DNA of 64,000 nucleotides from a virus (Duplodnaviria; Heunggongvirae; Uroviricota; Caudoviricetes): IMG/VR virus record IMGVR_UViG_3300042922_001472; one strand, 5' to 3'. Shown piece by piece: positions 20,147 to 29,222 of this stretch (position 1 is its first letter; each line of letters starts with the position of its first letter). The notes under the pieces were generated by a model. It saw only the letters and a program-made list of their open reading frames with translations, ran no database searches and was not told where the DNA came from. The position numbers and the translations under genes were made by a program.

Positions 20147-21706
20147 ATGTTAGATACTAAATGGGAAAAAATAATAAAAGATAAATACTATTCAGCTATA
20201 AGTAATTTATTTTTAATCTATGGAAATATTGGTGATTATTCAGTTCCTGGAATAATGTTTGATGATTATTTGATTAAATGCCTTGATAGTATGGGTATGA
20301 AAAAAATTGTCACATATGATTTTTCAGTAGGAAGTTCATATAGAAAAGGTTCAAAAGATGAAAACACTGACAAAATTGAAGGGCTTAATGATTGGGAGCA
20401 AATGCTTGTTGATTTATTAAATAAGAGTGAAAAAACAGCTTATATTATACAATACCCTGAATTTCTGTTTTCGAGCAATATTACATATGCTGATGATTTA
20501 AGTAAAAAAAGACTTATAGATATACATAAAGTAATTAACAATAGAAATTTTTTGAGTTCAAATAATATCTTAATTTTCGTTACTGAAACAAAAAGCAATA
20601 TAAATTCTATGTTTATTAGTTCAAACGCAAGAACAGTGCCAGTAAATGTAGACTATCCAGATGAAAAAGAAAGACGTGAATTTGTTGAATTTTTAAAAAA
20701 TACAAGTGATAGTAAAATAACATTTAAGATTGATTTAAATAGATTCGCAAAGTTAACTGCAGGTTTATCAAGAGTAAATCTTGAAGATATTTATTTGCTT
20801 GCTGAATCAAAAACCGTATTAGATAAAGACATGATAATGGAAAGAAAAAAAGAACTAATTAATAAAGAATTTGGTGAAGTTATAGAAATATTTGATACTG
20901 ACGGTTATTCTCTTGCAGATTTTGCAGGACAAGAGCATATTAAGCAGTATCATAAAGAAGTTGTAATTGAGCCTATACTAAATGGAGATACTTCAATCGT
21001 TCCAAAGGGATTATTGTATATGGGTTCTCCTGGTACTGGCAAAACATATTTCGCCAAATGCATAGCAGGAGATGCTAATATTAATTTTGTTGAATTTAAA
21101 ATGAGTAAAATCCTTGATAAGTTTGTTGGTGAAGCAGAGAAAAATCTTGAAAAAGTACTCAACTGTTTTAAATCATTAGCCCCAGTTGGAGTATTTATCG
21201 ATGAAATTGACCAAGCATTAAGCAGGGGAGAGAATGATAGTAATTCTGTTAATAAAAATCTTTTTGGTATGTTTCTATCGTTTTTATCAGAACCCACGCA
21301 TAGAGGTAAAATACTATGGATAGGAGCTACAAATTATCCTAATAAACTTGATGAAGCACTGAAAAGAGCTGGTAGATTTGATAAGAAAATTCCTTTCTTA
21401 CCACCAACTAAAGAAGAAAGAATTGAAGTATTTAAAATTCATTTAAAAAAATCTAAATTCTTATTTAATATTCAAAATTATGATTTGCTTGCAGAAAAAA
21501 CAGATTTGTATACTCAAGCAGAAATAGAAAATGTTGTAGTAAAGGCATTAGAAGTTGCACGAAGAAGAAAACTTACAGAAATTAATGAAGACACAATGCT
21601 ATATGCTATAGATTGTATGATTTCTGCACAAAACGAAAAGATTAAAGAAATGACAGAACTTGCTTTACAAGAATGTAATGACAGAGAATTTCTTCCTAAA
21701 TTTTAG
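20147..21706 (+). CDS. AAA+ ATPase (classic AAA domain with unknown N-terminal domain)
   Basis: Walker A GSPGTGKT, Walker B VFIDEID, SRH ATNYPNKLDEALKRAGRFD. Start moved to 20147, which follows GGAG. Confidence 0.75.
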   Translation: MLDTKWEKIIKDKYYSAISNLFLIYGNIGDYSVPGIMFDDYLIKCLDSMGMKKIVTYDFSVGSSYRKGSKDENTDKIEGLNDWEQMLVDLLNKSEKTAYIIQYPEFLFSSNITYADDLSKKRLIDIHKVINNRNFLSSNNILIFVTETKSNINSMFISSNARTVPVNVDYPDEKERREFVEFLKNTSDSKITFKIDLNRFAKLTAGLSRVNLEDIYLLAESKTVLDKDMIMERKKELINKEFGEVIEIFDTDGYSLADFAGQEHIKQYHKEVVIEPILNGDTSIVPKGLLYMGSPGTGKTYFAKCIAGDANINFVEFKMSKILDKFVGEAEKNLEKVLNCFKSLAPVGVFIDEIDQALSRGENDSNSVNKNLFGMFLSFLSEPTHRGKILWIGATNYPNKLDEALKRAGRFDKKIPFLPPTKEERIEVFKIHLKKSKFLFNIQNYDLLAEKTDLYTQAEIENVVVKALEVARRRKLTEINEDTMLYAIDCMISAQNEKIKEMTELALQECNDREFLPKF

Positions 21707-21750
21707 GAGTAATTTTGATAAAAAAGGTTAGAAAAAAGGAGAGTAATATA

Positions 21751-21897
21751 TGGATATGGGCAAATGTAGCACTTGTGCGAATCGTTTAATAGAAGATAAT
21801 GAATCCAAAAAAGTTTGTATAGAGTGTATTAATTCCAGAATACCGTTTAAAATAAAACAAGACAATTATGTGCAGGAAAAAAAAGAAGAAAGTTGAA
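21751..21897 (+). CDS. small zinc-ribbon protein (about 48 aa; not in the ORF track)
   Basis: RBS AAAGGAGAG; CxxC...CxxC motif (CSTCANR...CIEC). Confidence 0.35.
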
Positions 21898-21990
21898 TGG
21901 GGATAGTTTGTGTTTCCAGCATTCCTGTCATTGGAACTAATTTTTGATGATAATTTAATATCTCAAATTTCACAATTTATCAAAAAATTA

Positions 21991-22056
21991 AAAAATGTAC
22001 TAATATAACAAAGGAATCTTAAAAGGCTTCCTTTGTTATATTAGTACATTTTTTTG
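21991..22056. terminator. strong bidirectional terminator
   Basis: Stem of about 21 bp, ATGTACTAATATAACAAAGGA / TCCTTTGTTATATTAGTACAT, followed by TTTTTT. Confidence 0.8.
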
Positions 22057-22070
22057 CATTCGATATATTT

Positions 22071-22328
22071 TTAGCATATTACTTCCTTATAAGGTTCGGG
22101 TAATGGTTGCCATGCTGTTATATACTTGTTATAATCTTCTGCTCCATATTTCCAGCCAAATATTTCTGAAAAGAATATCGTTCTTGTCTGGGGTTCATAA
22201 TCTGTAATTTGAATCGTACATAGAAAGCTTCTGTAATTTGGATGTTTTATATCAAACTTTTTACACTCTTCTTCACTTGGCAATCTTTCTTTAACAGGAA
22301 TCCAACCGAATTGTTTTTTTATTATCAT
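22071..22328 (-). CDS. hypothetical protein (85 aa)
   Basis: On the coding strand an AGGTGGAGG RBS-like stretch precedes the ATG. Confidence 0.45.
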   Translation of the reverse strand: MIIKKQFGWIPVKERLPSEEECKKFDIKHPNYRSFLCTIQITDYEPQTRTIFFSEIFGWKYGAEDYNKYITAWQPLPEPYKEVIC

Positions 22329-22382
22329 TTAACTTCTACCTCCAATACCATAATGCTGTTAACCCAATTAATTTTATTATTT

Positions 22383-22571
22383 TTACTGTGTAATATAAAC
22401 AATTTCTAATTCTTCTTTCAATATCTTTTCTGCTTCTAATTTAGTGGTATTAAATGTTTCTACTGTTTCTAATGAAAAGTCGTTTGCACATTCCTTTAAT
22501 TTACATAATATAGGAAAATCTTCTACCAACGACACATAATTTCCTATTTTGTTTATTAAATATATCTTCAT
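22383..22571 (-). CDS. hypothetical small protein (62 aa; start revised)
   Basis: The ORF track starts at 22640, but the ATG at 22571 has a perfect SD AAGGAGG, and the promoter at 22606-22634 lies downstream of 22640. Confidence 0.45.
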   Translation of the reverse strand: MKIYLINKIGNYVSLVEDFPILCKLKECANDFSLETVETFNTTKLEAEKILKEELEIVYITQ

Positions 22572-22605
22572 ATACACCAAAACCTCCTTATATATTAATA
22601 TATTT

Positions 22606-22634
22606 ATTATAGCATTATCATTGACAATAGTCAA
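22606..22634 (-). promoter_or_regulatory. minus-strand promoter using the palindrome TTGACAATAGTCAA as its -35 (TTGACT-17-TATAAT on the minus strand)
   Basis: Plus-strand palindrome at 22621-22634; minus-strand -10 TATAAT corresponds to plus 22606-22611. Confidence 0.65.
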
Positions 22635-22773
22635 CGCCACATAGAAGCTATAAAGTGTTTAACCATATAAGACTGATTTATCGTTGATAATTAGTACGTA
22701 TTATATATACTGAATCATATAAAGCAATAATTCAAACTATATTAAATATATACGATAAAGAGGGGGCAATTAA

Positions 22774-23286
22774 ATGAACGTAAGAAATGAAGTATTAAAA
22801 ACATTAGCAAGATGCAGAGTTCTTAAACTCACAGATGCAATTAAACAATTTGATATAACAGAAGAAGACATTGATAAAATGTTAGAAGAAAAAATTATAA
22901 CTAAAGAATTTTTAGAATTTAAAAGAGATTTTGTTCCAGTTATTATTGAATATTTTCAATTGTCTGATAAAGGTGAGAAATTTGTAAAAGATATTATTGT
23001 TGAAATTAATGAAATTTACAGGGGATTTATATTGGAACATGACCTTAGTTTGTGTGAATATTATCTTGAAAGAACAAAAGAGGAGCGAGAAACATGGCTT
23101 ACAAGAGATGATATGATTAAAAGGTATAAATCTACAGGAACTATAGATGGTGCTTTTATGAACAAAAACAATCAGTTAGAGGGAATTGAAATAATGAGTA
23201 AAAATTCCAAGCCAAGTGTAATAGAAAAAACAGAAGAATTTATAAAAATAGCTGAAATAAAAAAAATGAATTATATTTTATATTAA
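22774..23286 (+). CDS. hypothetical protein (170 aa)
   Basis: RBS AGAGGGGG. Confidence 0.5.
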   Translation: MNVRNEVLKTLARCRVLKLTDAIKQFDITEEDIDKMLEEKIITKEFLEFKRDFVPVIIEYFQLSDKGEKFVKDIIVEINEIYRGFILEHDLSLCEYYLERTKEERETWLTRDDMIKRYKSTGTIDGAFMNKNNQLEGIEIMSKNSKPSVIEKTEEFIKIAEIKKMNYILY

Positions 23287-23305
23287 TATAGTAATTGATA
23301 CTTAA

Positions 23306-23340
23306 AGGATTGAATTAGTAAAAATTCAATCTTTTTATTT
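23306..23340 (+). terminator. intrinsic terminator
   Basis: GGATTGAATT-loop-AATTCAATC followed by TTTTT. Confidence 0.7.
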
Positions 23341-23346
23341 TACCCA

Positions 23347-23391
23347 TTGACAATAGACGATAAAAGGTTTAAAATATATACTATAGTCAAC
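23347..23391 (+). promoter_or_regulatory. promoter TTGACA-17-TAAAAT with degenerate palindrome TTGACAATAGACGA and a downstream half-site TATAGTCAACG near +1
   Basis: Two operator-like elements bracket the -10 box. Confidence 0.55.
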
Positions 23392-23430
23392 GTAAAGGAA
23401 ACAAAGAATATAGTTAAGAAAGGAGATTAA

Positions 23431-23853
23431 ATGATTACTTGGTTTATTATTTTACTTCTATCATTAATTGTTGAACTAATGACAACTTCATTAACAACAA
23501 TTTGGTTTTGTATAGGAGCGATTTTTGCAATAATAGCTTATACATTAAATGCTTCTGTGCCTGTTCAGTTTATTGTTTTTGTTATTACCTCAGCTTTATC
23601 CCTAATATATACAAAACCATTAGTTGATAAACACATAAATAAAAAAATTATTAAAACTAACGTAGATGCAATTATTGGTCAAAAAGGTATTACATTAGAA
23701 GACGTTGATAGCTTAATATGTGCAGGGCGTGTGATGATTAATGGACTTCCTTGGAGAGCAGTAAGTCTTGAAGAAACAATTATTTATAAAGATACTGTTG
23801 TGATAGTTGAAAAAATTGAAGGAGTAACTGTATTTATTAGAAAAGCAAATTAA
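23431..23853 (+). CDS. NfeD-like membrane protein (partner of the SPFH protein)
   Basis: Two N-terminal TM helices plus a C-terminal OB-like domain; it sits immediately upstream of the band-7 gene. Confidence 0.6.
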   Translation: MITWFIILLLSLIVELMTTSLTTIWFCIGAIFAIIAYTLNASVPVQFIVFVITSALSLIYTKPLVDKHINKKIIKTNVDAIIGQKGITLEDVDSLICAGRVMINGLPWRAVSLEETIIYKDTVVIVEKIEGVTVFIRKAN

Positions 23854-23875
23854 AAAAATTAAAGGAGGAATTTAC

Positions 23876-24886
23876 ATGTCAGTTATATTTTTATTAGTTA
23901 TTATCGCAATGTTAATTATTATCAGAAACATTCGCATTGTTCCACAAAGCCAGACATATGTTATCGAAAGACTGGGTGCTTACAAAGAATCATGGGGTAC
24001 AGGTATACACCTTAAAATACCGTTTATTGATAGGGTTGCAAATAAAATAAGCTTAAAAGAGTTGGTTTACGATTTCCCGCCTCAACCAGTCATTACAAGT
24101 GATAATGTTACAATGCAGATTGATACGGTGATATTTTTTCAAGTGACTGATGCAAAATTATACACTTATGGAGTTACTAATCCGTTAAATGCAATCGAAA
24201 ATTTATCAGCTACTACATTAAGAAATATAATCGGTGAACTTGAACTTGATGAAACTTTAACTTCAAGAGATATTATTAATACAAAAATGAGAACTATTCT
24301 TGATGAAGCCACAGATGCATGGGGAATAAAAGTAAATAGAGTAGAACTTAAAAACATTCTTCCACCTAAAGATATAATGAATTCTATGGAAAAACAAATG
24401 AAAGCAGAAAGAGAAAGAAGAGAATCAATTCTTCAAGCCGAAGGACAGAAAACTTCTGCAATTCTTGTAGCAGAAGGTGAAAAACAAAGTGCTATATTAA
24501 AGGCAGAGGCAGAAAAACAAACTACTATATTAAGAGCAGAGGCTGAAAAAGAAAAGCAAATTAGAGAAGCAGAGGGTAAAGCAGAAGCTATTTTAAGTAT
24601 TCAAAGAGCAAACGCTGAGGGAATTAGATTAATTAACGAATCAAAACCTTCTAATGAAGTTTTAACTATTAAAACACTTGAAGCATTAGAAAAAGTTGCA
24701 AATGGAAAAGCAACAAAAATAATTATTCCTTCTGAATTACAAAATCTAAGCGGATTTGTAACTGCTATTAAAGAAACTGTTACCGAGCCAATCAAGTTAA
24801 ATGAAGATAAAATTACTGATATATCTAATGAAAAAGTAATCCATAAAGATATAATCAAAAACGATATGTTAGCTGATGAATATTAA
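23876..24886 (+). CDS. SPFH/band-7 (stomatin/FloA-like) protein
   Basis: N-terminal TM helix, an SPFH core, and coiled-coil EA-rich repeats AEGEKQSAILKAEAEKQTTILRAEAEKE. Confidence 0.85.
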   Translation: MSVIFLLVIIAMLIIIRNIRIVPQSQTYVIERLGAYKESWGTGIHLKIPFIDRVANKISLKELVYDFPPQPVITSDNVTMQIDTVIFFQVTDAKLYTYGVTNPLNAIENLSATTLRNIIGELELDETLTSRDIINTKMRTILDEATDAWGIKVNRVELKNILPPKDIMNSMEKQMKAERERRESILQAEGQKTSAILVAEGEKQSAILKAEAEKQTTILRAEAEKEKQIREAEGKAEAILSIQRANAEGIRLINESKPSNEVLTIKTLEALEKVANGKATKIIIPSELQNLSGFVTAIKETVTEPIKLNEDKITDISNEKVIHKDIIKNDMLADEY

Positions 24887-24892
24887 TATTAA

Positions 24893-24921
24893 CTAAGGAG
24901 GTTAAAGACCTCCTTCTTTTA
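24893..24921 (+). terminator. intrinsic terminator
   Basis: AAGGAGGT-TAAAG-ACCTCCTT followed by CTTTT. Confidence 0.7.
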
Positions 24922-25032
24922 TAATAAAACTAACTAAGAATGAGTAACATATAAAATAAATAATATCAAAGGTGTTTATATTTAAACAATATAGAATTTT
25001 AATTTCAAATTAATTATTAAAAGGAGATACGC

Positions 25033-26091
25033 ATGATAAGTGTAAAGAATTTCGTAGAAAGTTTTTTAATTAAGTTAGGATTAAAAAAAAGAAAAGAAGT
25101 TATATATATTATAACAGGACCAAGTGGAGCTGGAAAAACTACTTTAGGTAAATATTTAAAATCTTTAAATATACCAGAATTAGTTTCATGTACTACAAGA
25201 AAAATGAGAAAAGGTGAAATACAGGGTATTCATTATAACTTTATTTCTAAAAAGAAATATGATAAATTAGATAAAATAGAATATACCGAATATGCAGATA
25301 ATTTTTATTGTTTAACAAGAAAAGAAGTAACCCGAAAATTAAAAAAATATAGTGAAGTTTTTGCTGTTACAGATATAGAAGGTGTTAACCAAATTAAAAA
25401 TAAATTTAAAGAAAAAGTTAAAGTTATTTATATTTATACTCCTTTAGATGAAATGAAAGACAGAATGAAATTAAGGGGAGATAAAGAAGAAAATATTGAA
25501 GAAAGGTTAGAATACGCTAAGTTAACAGGTGAATTTAGAAATTATATATATGCTGATTATATAATTGAAAATATGGAGTTAGAAAAGAGTAAAGAAAGAC
25601 TTGCTAAAATCATATCAATAAATAAAGGTAAACACTTAGAAATTGAAAGAAAGTTTTTGGTGAACCATTTGCCAGATTTATCAGATGTCCCTCATTGTGA
25701 AATAAGACAAGGATATTTAGATACTGAAATAGAAACAAGAATTAGAAAGCAGGACAATGAATATTATAAAACTATTAAATCTGAAGGTGATATGGTTAGA
25801 GAAGAAATTGAAACAATAATATCTGAAGAAGAATTCAATTTTCTAAGTAAGCAAGTAGTAAATAATTTTGTTGAAAAAACAAGATATTATCTTTTAGAAG
25901 GTAGCAATGTCATTGAACTTGATATTTACAAAAATGAATTAAATGGTTTAATAACAGCAGAAGTTGAATTTTTAGATTTAAAAGAAGCAGAAGACTTTAA
26001 TGCTCCTGATTGGTTTGATATAGAAGTTACAGAAAATAAAAATTATAAAAATAAAAATCTTTCCAAATATGGATTAAGTAAGTCAGCTTAA
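25033..26091 (+). CDS. P-loop kinase (guanylate/uridine-kinase-like) fused to a CYTH triphosphate-tunnel domain
   Basis: Walker A ITGPSGAGKTT; the C-terminal half starts with the ExExK-like motif LEIERKFLV that is typical of CYTH. Confidence 0.6.
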   Translation: MISVKNFVESFLIKLGLKKRKEVIYIITGPSGAGKTTLGKYLKSLNIPELVSCTTRKMRKGEIQGIHYNFISKKKYDKLDKIEYTEYADNFYCLTRKEVTRKLKKYSEVFAVTDIEGVNQIKNKFKEKVKVIYIYTPLDEMKDRMKLRGDKEENIEERLEYAKLTGEFRNYIYADYIIENMELEKSKERLAKIISINKGKHLEIERKFLVNHLPDLSDVPHCEIRQGYLDTEIETRIRKQDNEYYKTIKSEGDMVREEIETIISEEEFNFLSKQVVNNFVEKTRYYLLEGSNVIELDIYKNELNGLITAEVEFLDLKEAEDFNAPDWFDIEVTENKNYKNKNLSKYGLSKSA

Positions 26092-26139
26092 AATTATAAA
26101 TTGTGATATTAAATTAAATATTTAGAGGAGAAATGATAT

Positions 26140-26373
26140 ATGAAAGGGCAATTATTTGTAAGAAAAACAGGGACAATGATTAATGGAGAAGAAGCAGTAA
26201 TTATTACAGGCGTTGTAACACTAAACGAACTTGAAAAGTTTACCATTAATTCGGAGTGCCAGTATACTATAAAAAACATAGAACTGCATGAGAATTCATG
26301 TGTAAATAGAAATGAAATGGCAAAAGGAATGAGTATTGATGGTCTTTTATGTTCACCAATCTGGAGAGTATAA
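26140..26373 (+). CDS. hypothetical protein (77 aa)
   Basis: RBS AGAGGAGA. Preferred over the overlapping antisense ORF at 26109-26381. Confidence 0.4.
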   Translation: MKGQLFVRKTGTMINGEEAVIITGVVTLNELEKFTINSECQYTIKNIELHENSCVNRNEMAKGMSIDGLLCSPIWRV

Positions 26374-26412
26374 CTGCACAAATAATACGTAAATTCAATT
26401 AAAGAAGATAAA

Positions 26413-26443
26413 AAAAGAAGATGAAATTCATCTTCTTTTTTAC
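26413..26443. terminator. bidirectional terminator
   Basis: AAGAAGATGA-AATT-TCATCTTCTT with A and T runs on both sides. Confidence 0.7.
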
Positions 26444-26796
26444 TATAAATTCTTTACCCAAATAATTGCTCCTCTTGGATGCTTATATGATATAGGATTT
26501 TCATATTTAACAGGATTTTTAACAATCCATTTGTAAGGAGTCTTATATTTTTTTAGTAAGTCATTAAATGAAAAGTCTTCAATCGAAATTCGATGTTTGT
26601 TAAAATTATTATTATAATCAATCATAGTTAAAGGTTGACTGTCAATTAAATCAAATTGTCCAACTATTAAATTGCTTCCGCTTTCAATTAAATAAAATGT
26701 CCCTCTCTTTTTAGTATTCGAGCCTCTTATTTCCCATATTTTAAATCCGTTTAGTATAAGCTCGGAATATTTCTTCTTTATAATTAATCCATCCAT
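26443..26796 (-). CDS. ASCH-domain (PUA-like) protein
   Basis: Motif LILNGFKIWEIRG near the N-terminus; length 117 aa fits an ASCH domain. Confidence 0.5.
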   Translation of the reverse strand: MDGLIIKKKYSELILNGFKIWEIRGSNTKKRGTFYLIESGSNLIVGQFDLIDSQPLTMIDYNNNFNKHRISIEDFSFNDLLKKYKTPYKWIVKNPVKYENPISYKHPRGAIIWVKNL

Positions 26797-26824
26797 TAAT
26801 TAACCCCCTTGATATTCTTTTGTA

Positions 26825-27370
26825 TTAAGAACCATTACTTAAAGATATTTTACCTTTATAATTATTTACTTCTTTAATTTTAAGGGTAGGTTTTTCATAC
26901 CCATGTTTGGTTAAAATTTCTTTAAGAATATATAATTCTTTTCGTAAAATTGTTACTTCAATAACATATCTTTTTATTCCAAATTTTCCGTAAGATATAT
27001 ATGTATTAACCGTATATCCTTTATCTCTTATTTCATCTGCTATTTGTTTCATTTTATCTTTATTATTTACAAATATATCAACCTCAGATATCCCAAGTGC
27101 AAGCTTATCCTCTAATTTATTTGCTATATAAGCTCCTAATACTTTACCAATAGCGTATGCAGTTATAAAATAAACTCCATTGCTTGAATTTGATACTTGT
27201 TTTATTACAGTTGCAAATATTATAGCATCAATAAATGTAATTATATAAAGAGGTTTAACAAATTTTTTAGCAGTAAATATGTTTTTCAAAGTACCAAGAG
27301 TATTACTAATAGCATTAATCAATATTATGCCTAATAAACTCCATATAAGCATTTTATCTATATAAATCAC
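26825..27370 (-). CDS. UPF0316 / DUF2179 family membrane protein
   Basis: Paralogous to the ORF at 27829-28344: N-terminal TM helices followed by a soluble DUF2179-like domain. Confidence 0.55.
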   Translation of the reverse strand: MIYIDKMLIWSLLGIILINAISNTLGTLKNIFTAKKFVKPLYIITFIDAIIFATVIKQVSNSSNGVYFITAYAIGKVLGAYIANKLEDKLALGISEVDIFVNNKDKMKQIADEIRDKGYTVNTYISYGKFGIKRYVIEVTILRKELYILKEILTKHGYEKPTLKIKEVNNYKGKISLSNGS

Positions 27371-27431
27371 CTCCTAATAGCTATCGTTACTTAAGTATTA
27401 TATCATAATATTTAAAAAATGTAAATTATTA

Positions 27432-27460
27432 TTTACATAAATCAGAAAATGTGGTATAAT
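27432..27460 (+). promoter_or_regulatory. promoter TTTACA-17-TATAAT with the shared extended -10 block GAAAATGTGGTATAAT
   Basis: Member of the three-copy promoter family. Confidence 0.6.
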
Positions 27461-27571
27461 ACAACAGTATTAACATATAATTGCTTATGCACTAATTTAC
27501 ATGTTGAGGGAGTAGAAGCATCTCTAATTTAAACAATAAAAATCGTATTTTATGAGGAGGATTTATTAAAA

Positions 27572-27784
27572 ATGGCGAAGTTATATAAAGTAGAAATGTA
27601 TGTCTTAGACATAAATGAAAATTATCATAGTTTAGGTGGGATAATAGAGGATGCTGAAAATAGCATTGAAGTTGATTTTATACCATTTAATGTTCAAGAA
27701 ACTGAAATTGAATGGGATGATGACATTGATTTAAATAAAAGAAATGTACTACCATTAGAAGCATATAGAAAATATTTTAAGTAG
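27572..27784 (+). CDS. hypothetical acidic small protein (70 aa)
   Basis: RBS GAGGAGGA. Confidence 0.45.
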   Translation: MAKLYKVEMYVLDINENYHSLGGIIEDAENSIEVDFIPFNVQETEIEWDDDIDLNKRNVLPLEAYRKYFK

Positions 27785-27828
27785 ATTAAGATGTAAAAAT
27801 TTAAAATTGGACAGAAAGGAGAGATATT

Positions 27829-28344
27829 GTGATTTGGCAATTTTTAATTATATTTATAGCAAAGGTAATTGAAGTATCTCTAAGCACAATAAGAACAGTA
27901 TTTGTAACAAGAGGGGAAAAATTAATACCAGCAATAATAGCTTTTTTTGAAATTATGATATGGCTTAATGTTGTTTCAGCAGTAATAACAGGAATAAGTG
28001 AAAGCCCTGCAAGAATGATGGCGTATGCACTTGGATATTCTTGTGGTGTTTTTATTGGAGTATATATCGAAGAAAAATTGGCTATTGGACTGATTACTAT
28101 AAATGTTGTTTTAGGAAAGCAAGAAGGTATTAAATTAGCACAATACCTAAGAGAAAATAAGGTTGGTGTGACTGAATTAGAAGCAAAAGGAAAAGATGAA
28201 GAAAAGACATTTTTACTATTGCATGTTCAAAGAAAAAATAAAGAGAATATAATAAAGTTAATAAAAAACCAAGATTTAAATGCATTAATTTCTGTAAATG
28301 CTGTAAAAAATATTTATGGTGGGTTTGGGCTTGCAATTAAATAA
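27829..28344 (+). CDS. UPF0316 / DUF2179 family membrane protein
   Basis: GTG start after AAAGGAGAG; TM helices plus a soluble domain; paralog of the ORF at 26825-27370. Confidence 0.6.
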   Translation: MIWQFLIIFIAKVIEVSLSTIRTVFVTRGEKLIPAIIAFFEIMIWLNVVSAVITGISESPARMMAYALGYSCGVFIGVYIEEKLAIGLITINVVLGKQEGIKLAQYLRENKVGVTELEAKGKDEEKTFLLLHVQRKNKENIIKLIKNQDLNALISVNAVKNIYGGFGLAIK

Positions 28345-28351
28345 ATATTTA

Positions 28352-28384
28352 CAAATAAGACATTATTTTGTCTTATTTTTTTGC
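28352..28384 (+). terminator. intrinsic terminator
   Basis: AAATAAGACA-TTATT-TTGTCTTATT followed by TTTTT. Confidence 0.75.
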
Positions 28385-28413
28385 AAAAAAAAAGGGATTT
28401 ACCCTTTTAAAAT

Positions 28414-28908
28414 TCATTCTAAATCAAGACTGATTTTTATAGTTTTATTTATTTTCCTTACAGCATAGTCACTAAGAGTTCCAACTTTTCTTCCAAGTCT
28501 CGCTTTAGACACAGTTCTAATTTGTTCAGCAAGAGATGTACCAGAGATTGTATCTTCTATAAACTCAAATAAATCTTTCATCATTGTAACATGAGTTGGC
28601 TGACATTCCTCTCTATGGCTAATAGGCAAAACAATTGTTGTTGGCGAACACTTATTTCCTTTGTTATTTTGGACAATTATACAAGGTCTAACTTTATTTA
28701 CTTCTGAACCTATATTTTCTCCAAGATTTACTGTCCATACTTCACCTTTTTTAGGCATTACGCTATTTTTAACTAATCTTTCCTTAACGTCTAATTCCAT
28801 CATATCACCTGCCCATGATAAGATAGATTTAAACCTTTCTTTGTCTGAGTCCTGTATATTCATAAAAATATTATATTTTTCAGCTAAATGATATAAATTT
28901 TGTTCCAA
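28414..28908 (-). CDS. MazF/PemK-family endoribonuclease toxin with ~50-aa N-terminal extension
   Basis: GEVWTVNLGENIGSEVNKVRPCIIVQN...TTIVLPIS and a C-terminal ..SKARLGRKVGTLS motif. Confidence 0.6.
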   Translation of the reverse strand: MEQNLYHLAEKYNIFMNIQDSDKERFKSILSWAGDMMELDVKERLVKNSVMPKKGEVWTVNLGENIGSEVNKVRPCIIVQNNKGNKCSPTTIVLPISHREECQPTHVTMMKDLFEFIEDTISGTSLAEQIRTVSKARLGRKVGTLSDYAVRKINKTIKISLDLE

Positions 28909-29138
28909 TTTTAAATTTCCTCCTGATGTCAGTTATTTTTAGTAAAAATTCCTTATATATAATGACTTATATATTTTACACAAATTAAGGATTAAAAATA
29001 ACAGGCAACTTTTAAAATATATCAATATCGTTATGAATTAAACATTTTTAAATTTTTATAATTTAAATTGTAACTAATTGTGATTAGCTATTATAATTAA
29101 TGTTTCGTTAAATATAATTAATTTTTATTATTAATTAA

Positions 29139-29186
29139 TAAGAGCCTTGGTATCAAATTATATTTACTGATACCAAGGCTCTTAAA
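29139..29186 (-). terminator. terminator hairpin after the parMR-like operon
   Basis: 16-bp stem AAGAGCCTTGGTATCA / GATACCAAGGCTCTT, lying 35 bp beyond the stop of the ORF at 29223-29690. Confidence 0.6.
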
Positions 29187-29222
29187 ATAACTTATTATTT
29201 AACAAAAAGATTAATTTTACTT

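Noticed and set aside
22572-22640. Longer 85-aa version of the minus-strand ORF starting at 22640
   Set aside because: The mapped promoter (-35 at 22634-22629, -10 at 22611-22606) lies downstream of that ATG, whereas the internal ATG at 22571 has a perfect AAGGAGG SD.
26109-26381. Minus-strand 90-aa ORF overlapping the 26140-26373 plus-strand ORF
   Set aside because: The plus-strand ORF has an AGAGGAGA RBS and a plausible soluble-protein composition; the minus-strand version is Ser/Phe-rich and lacks an RBS.
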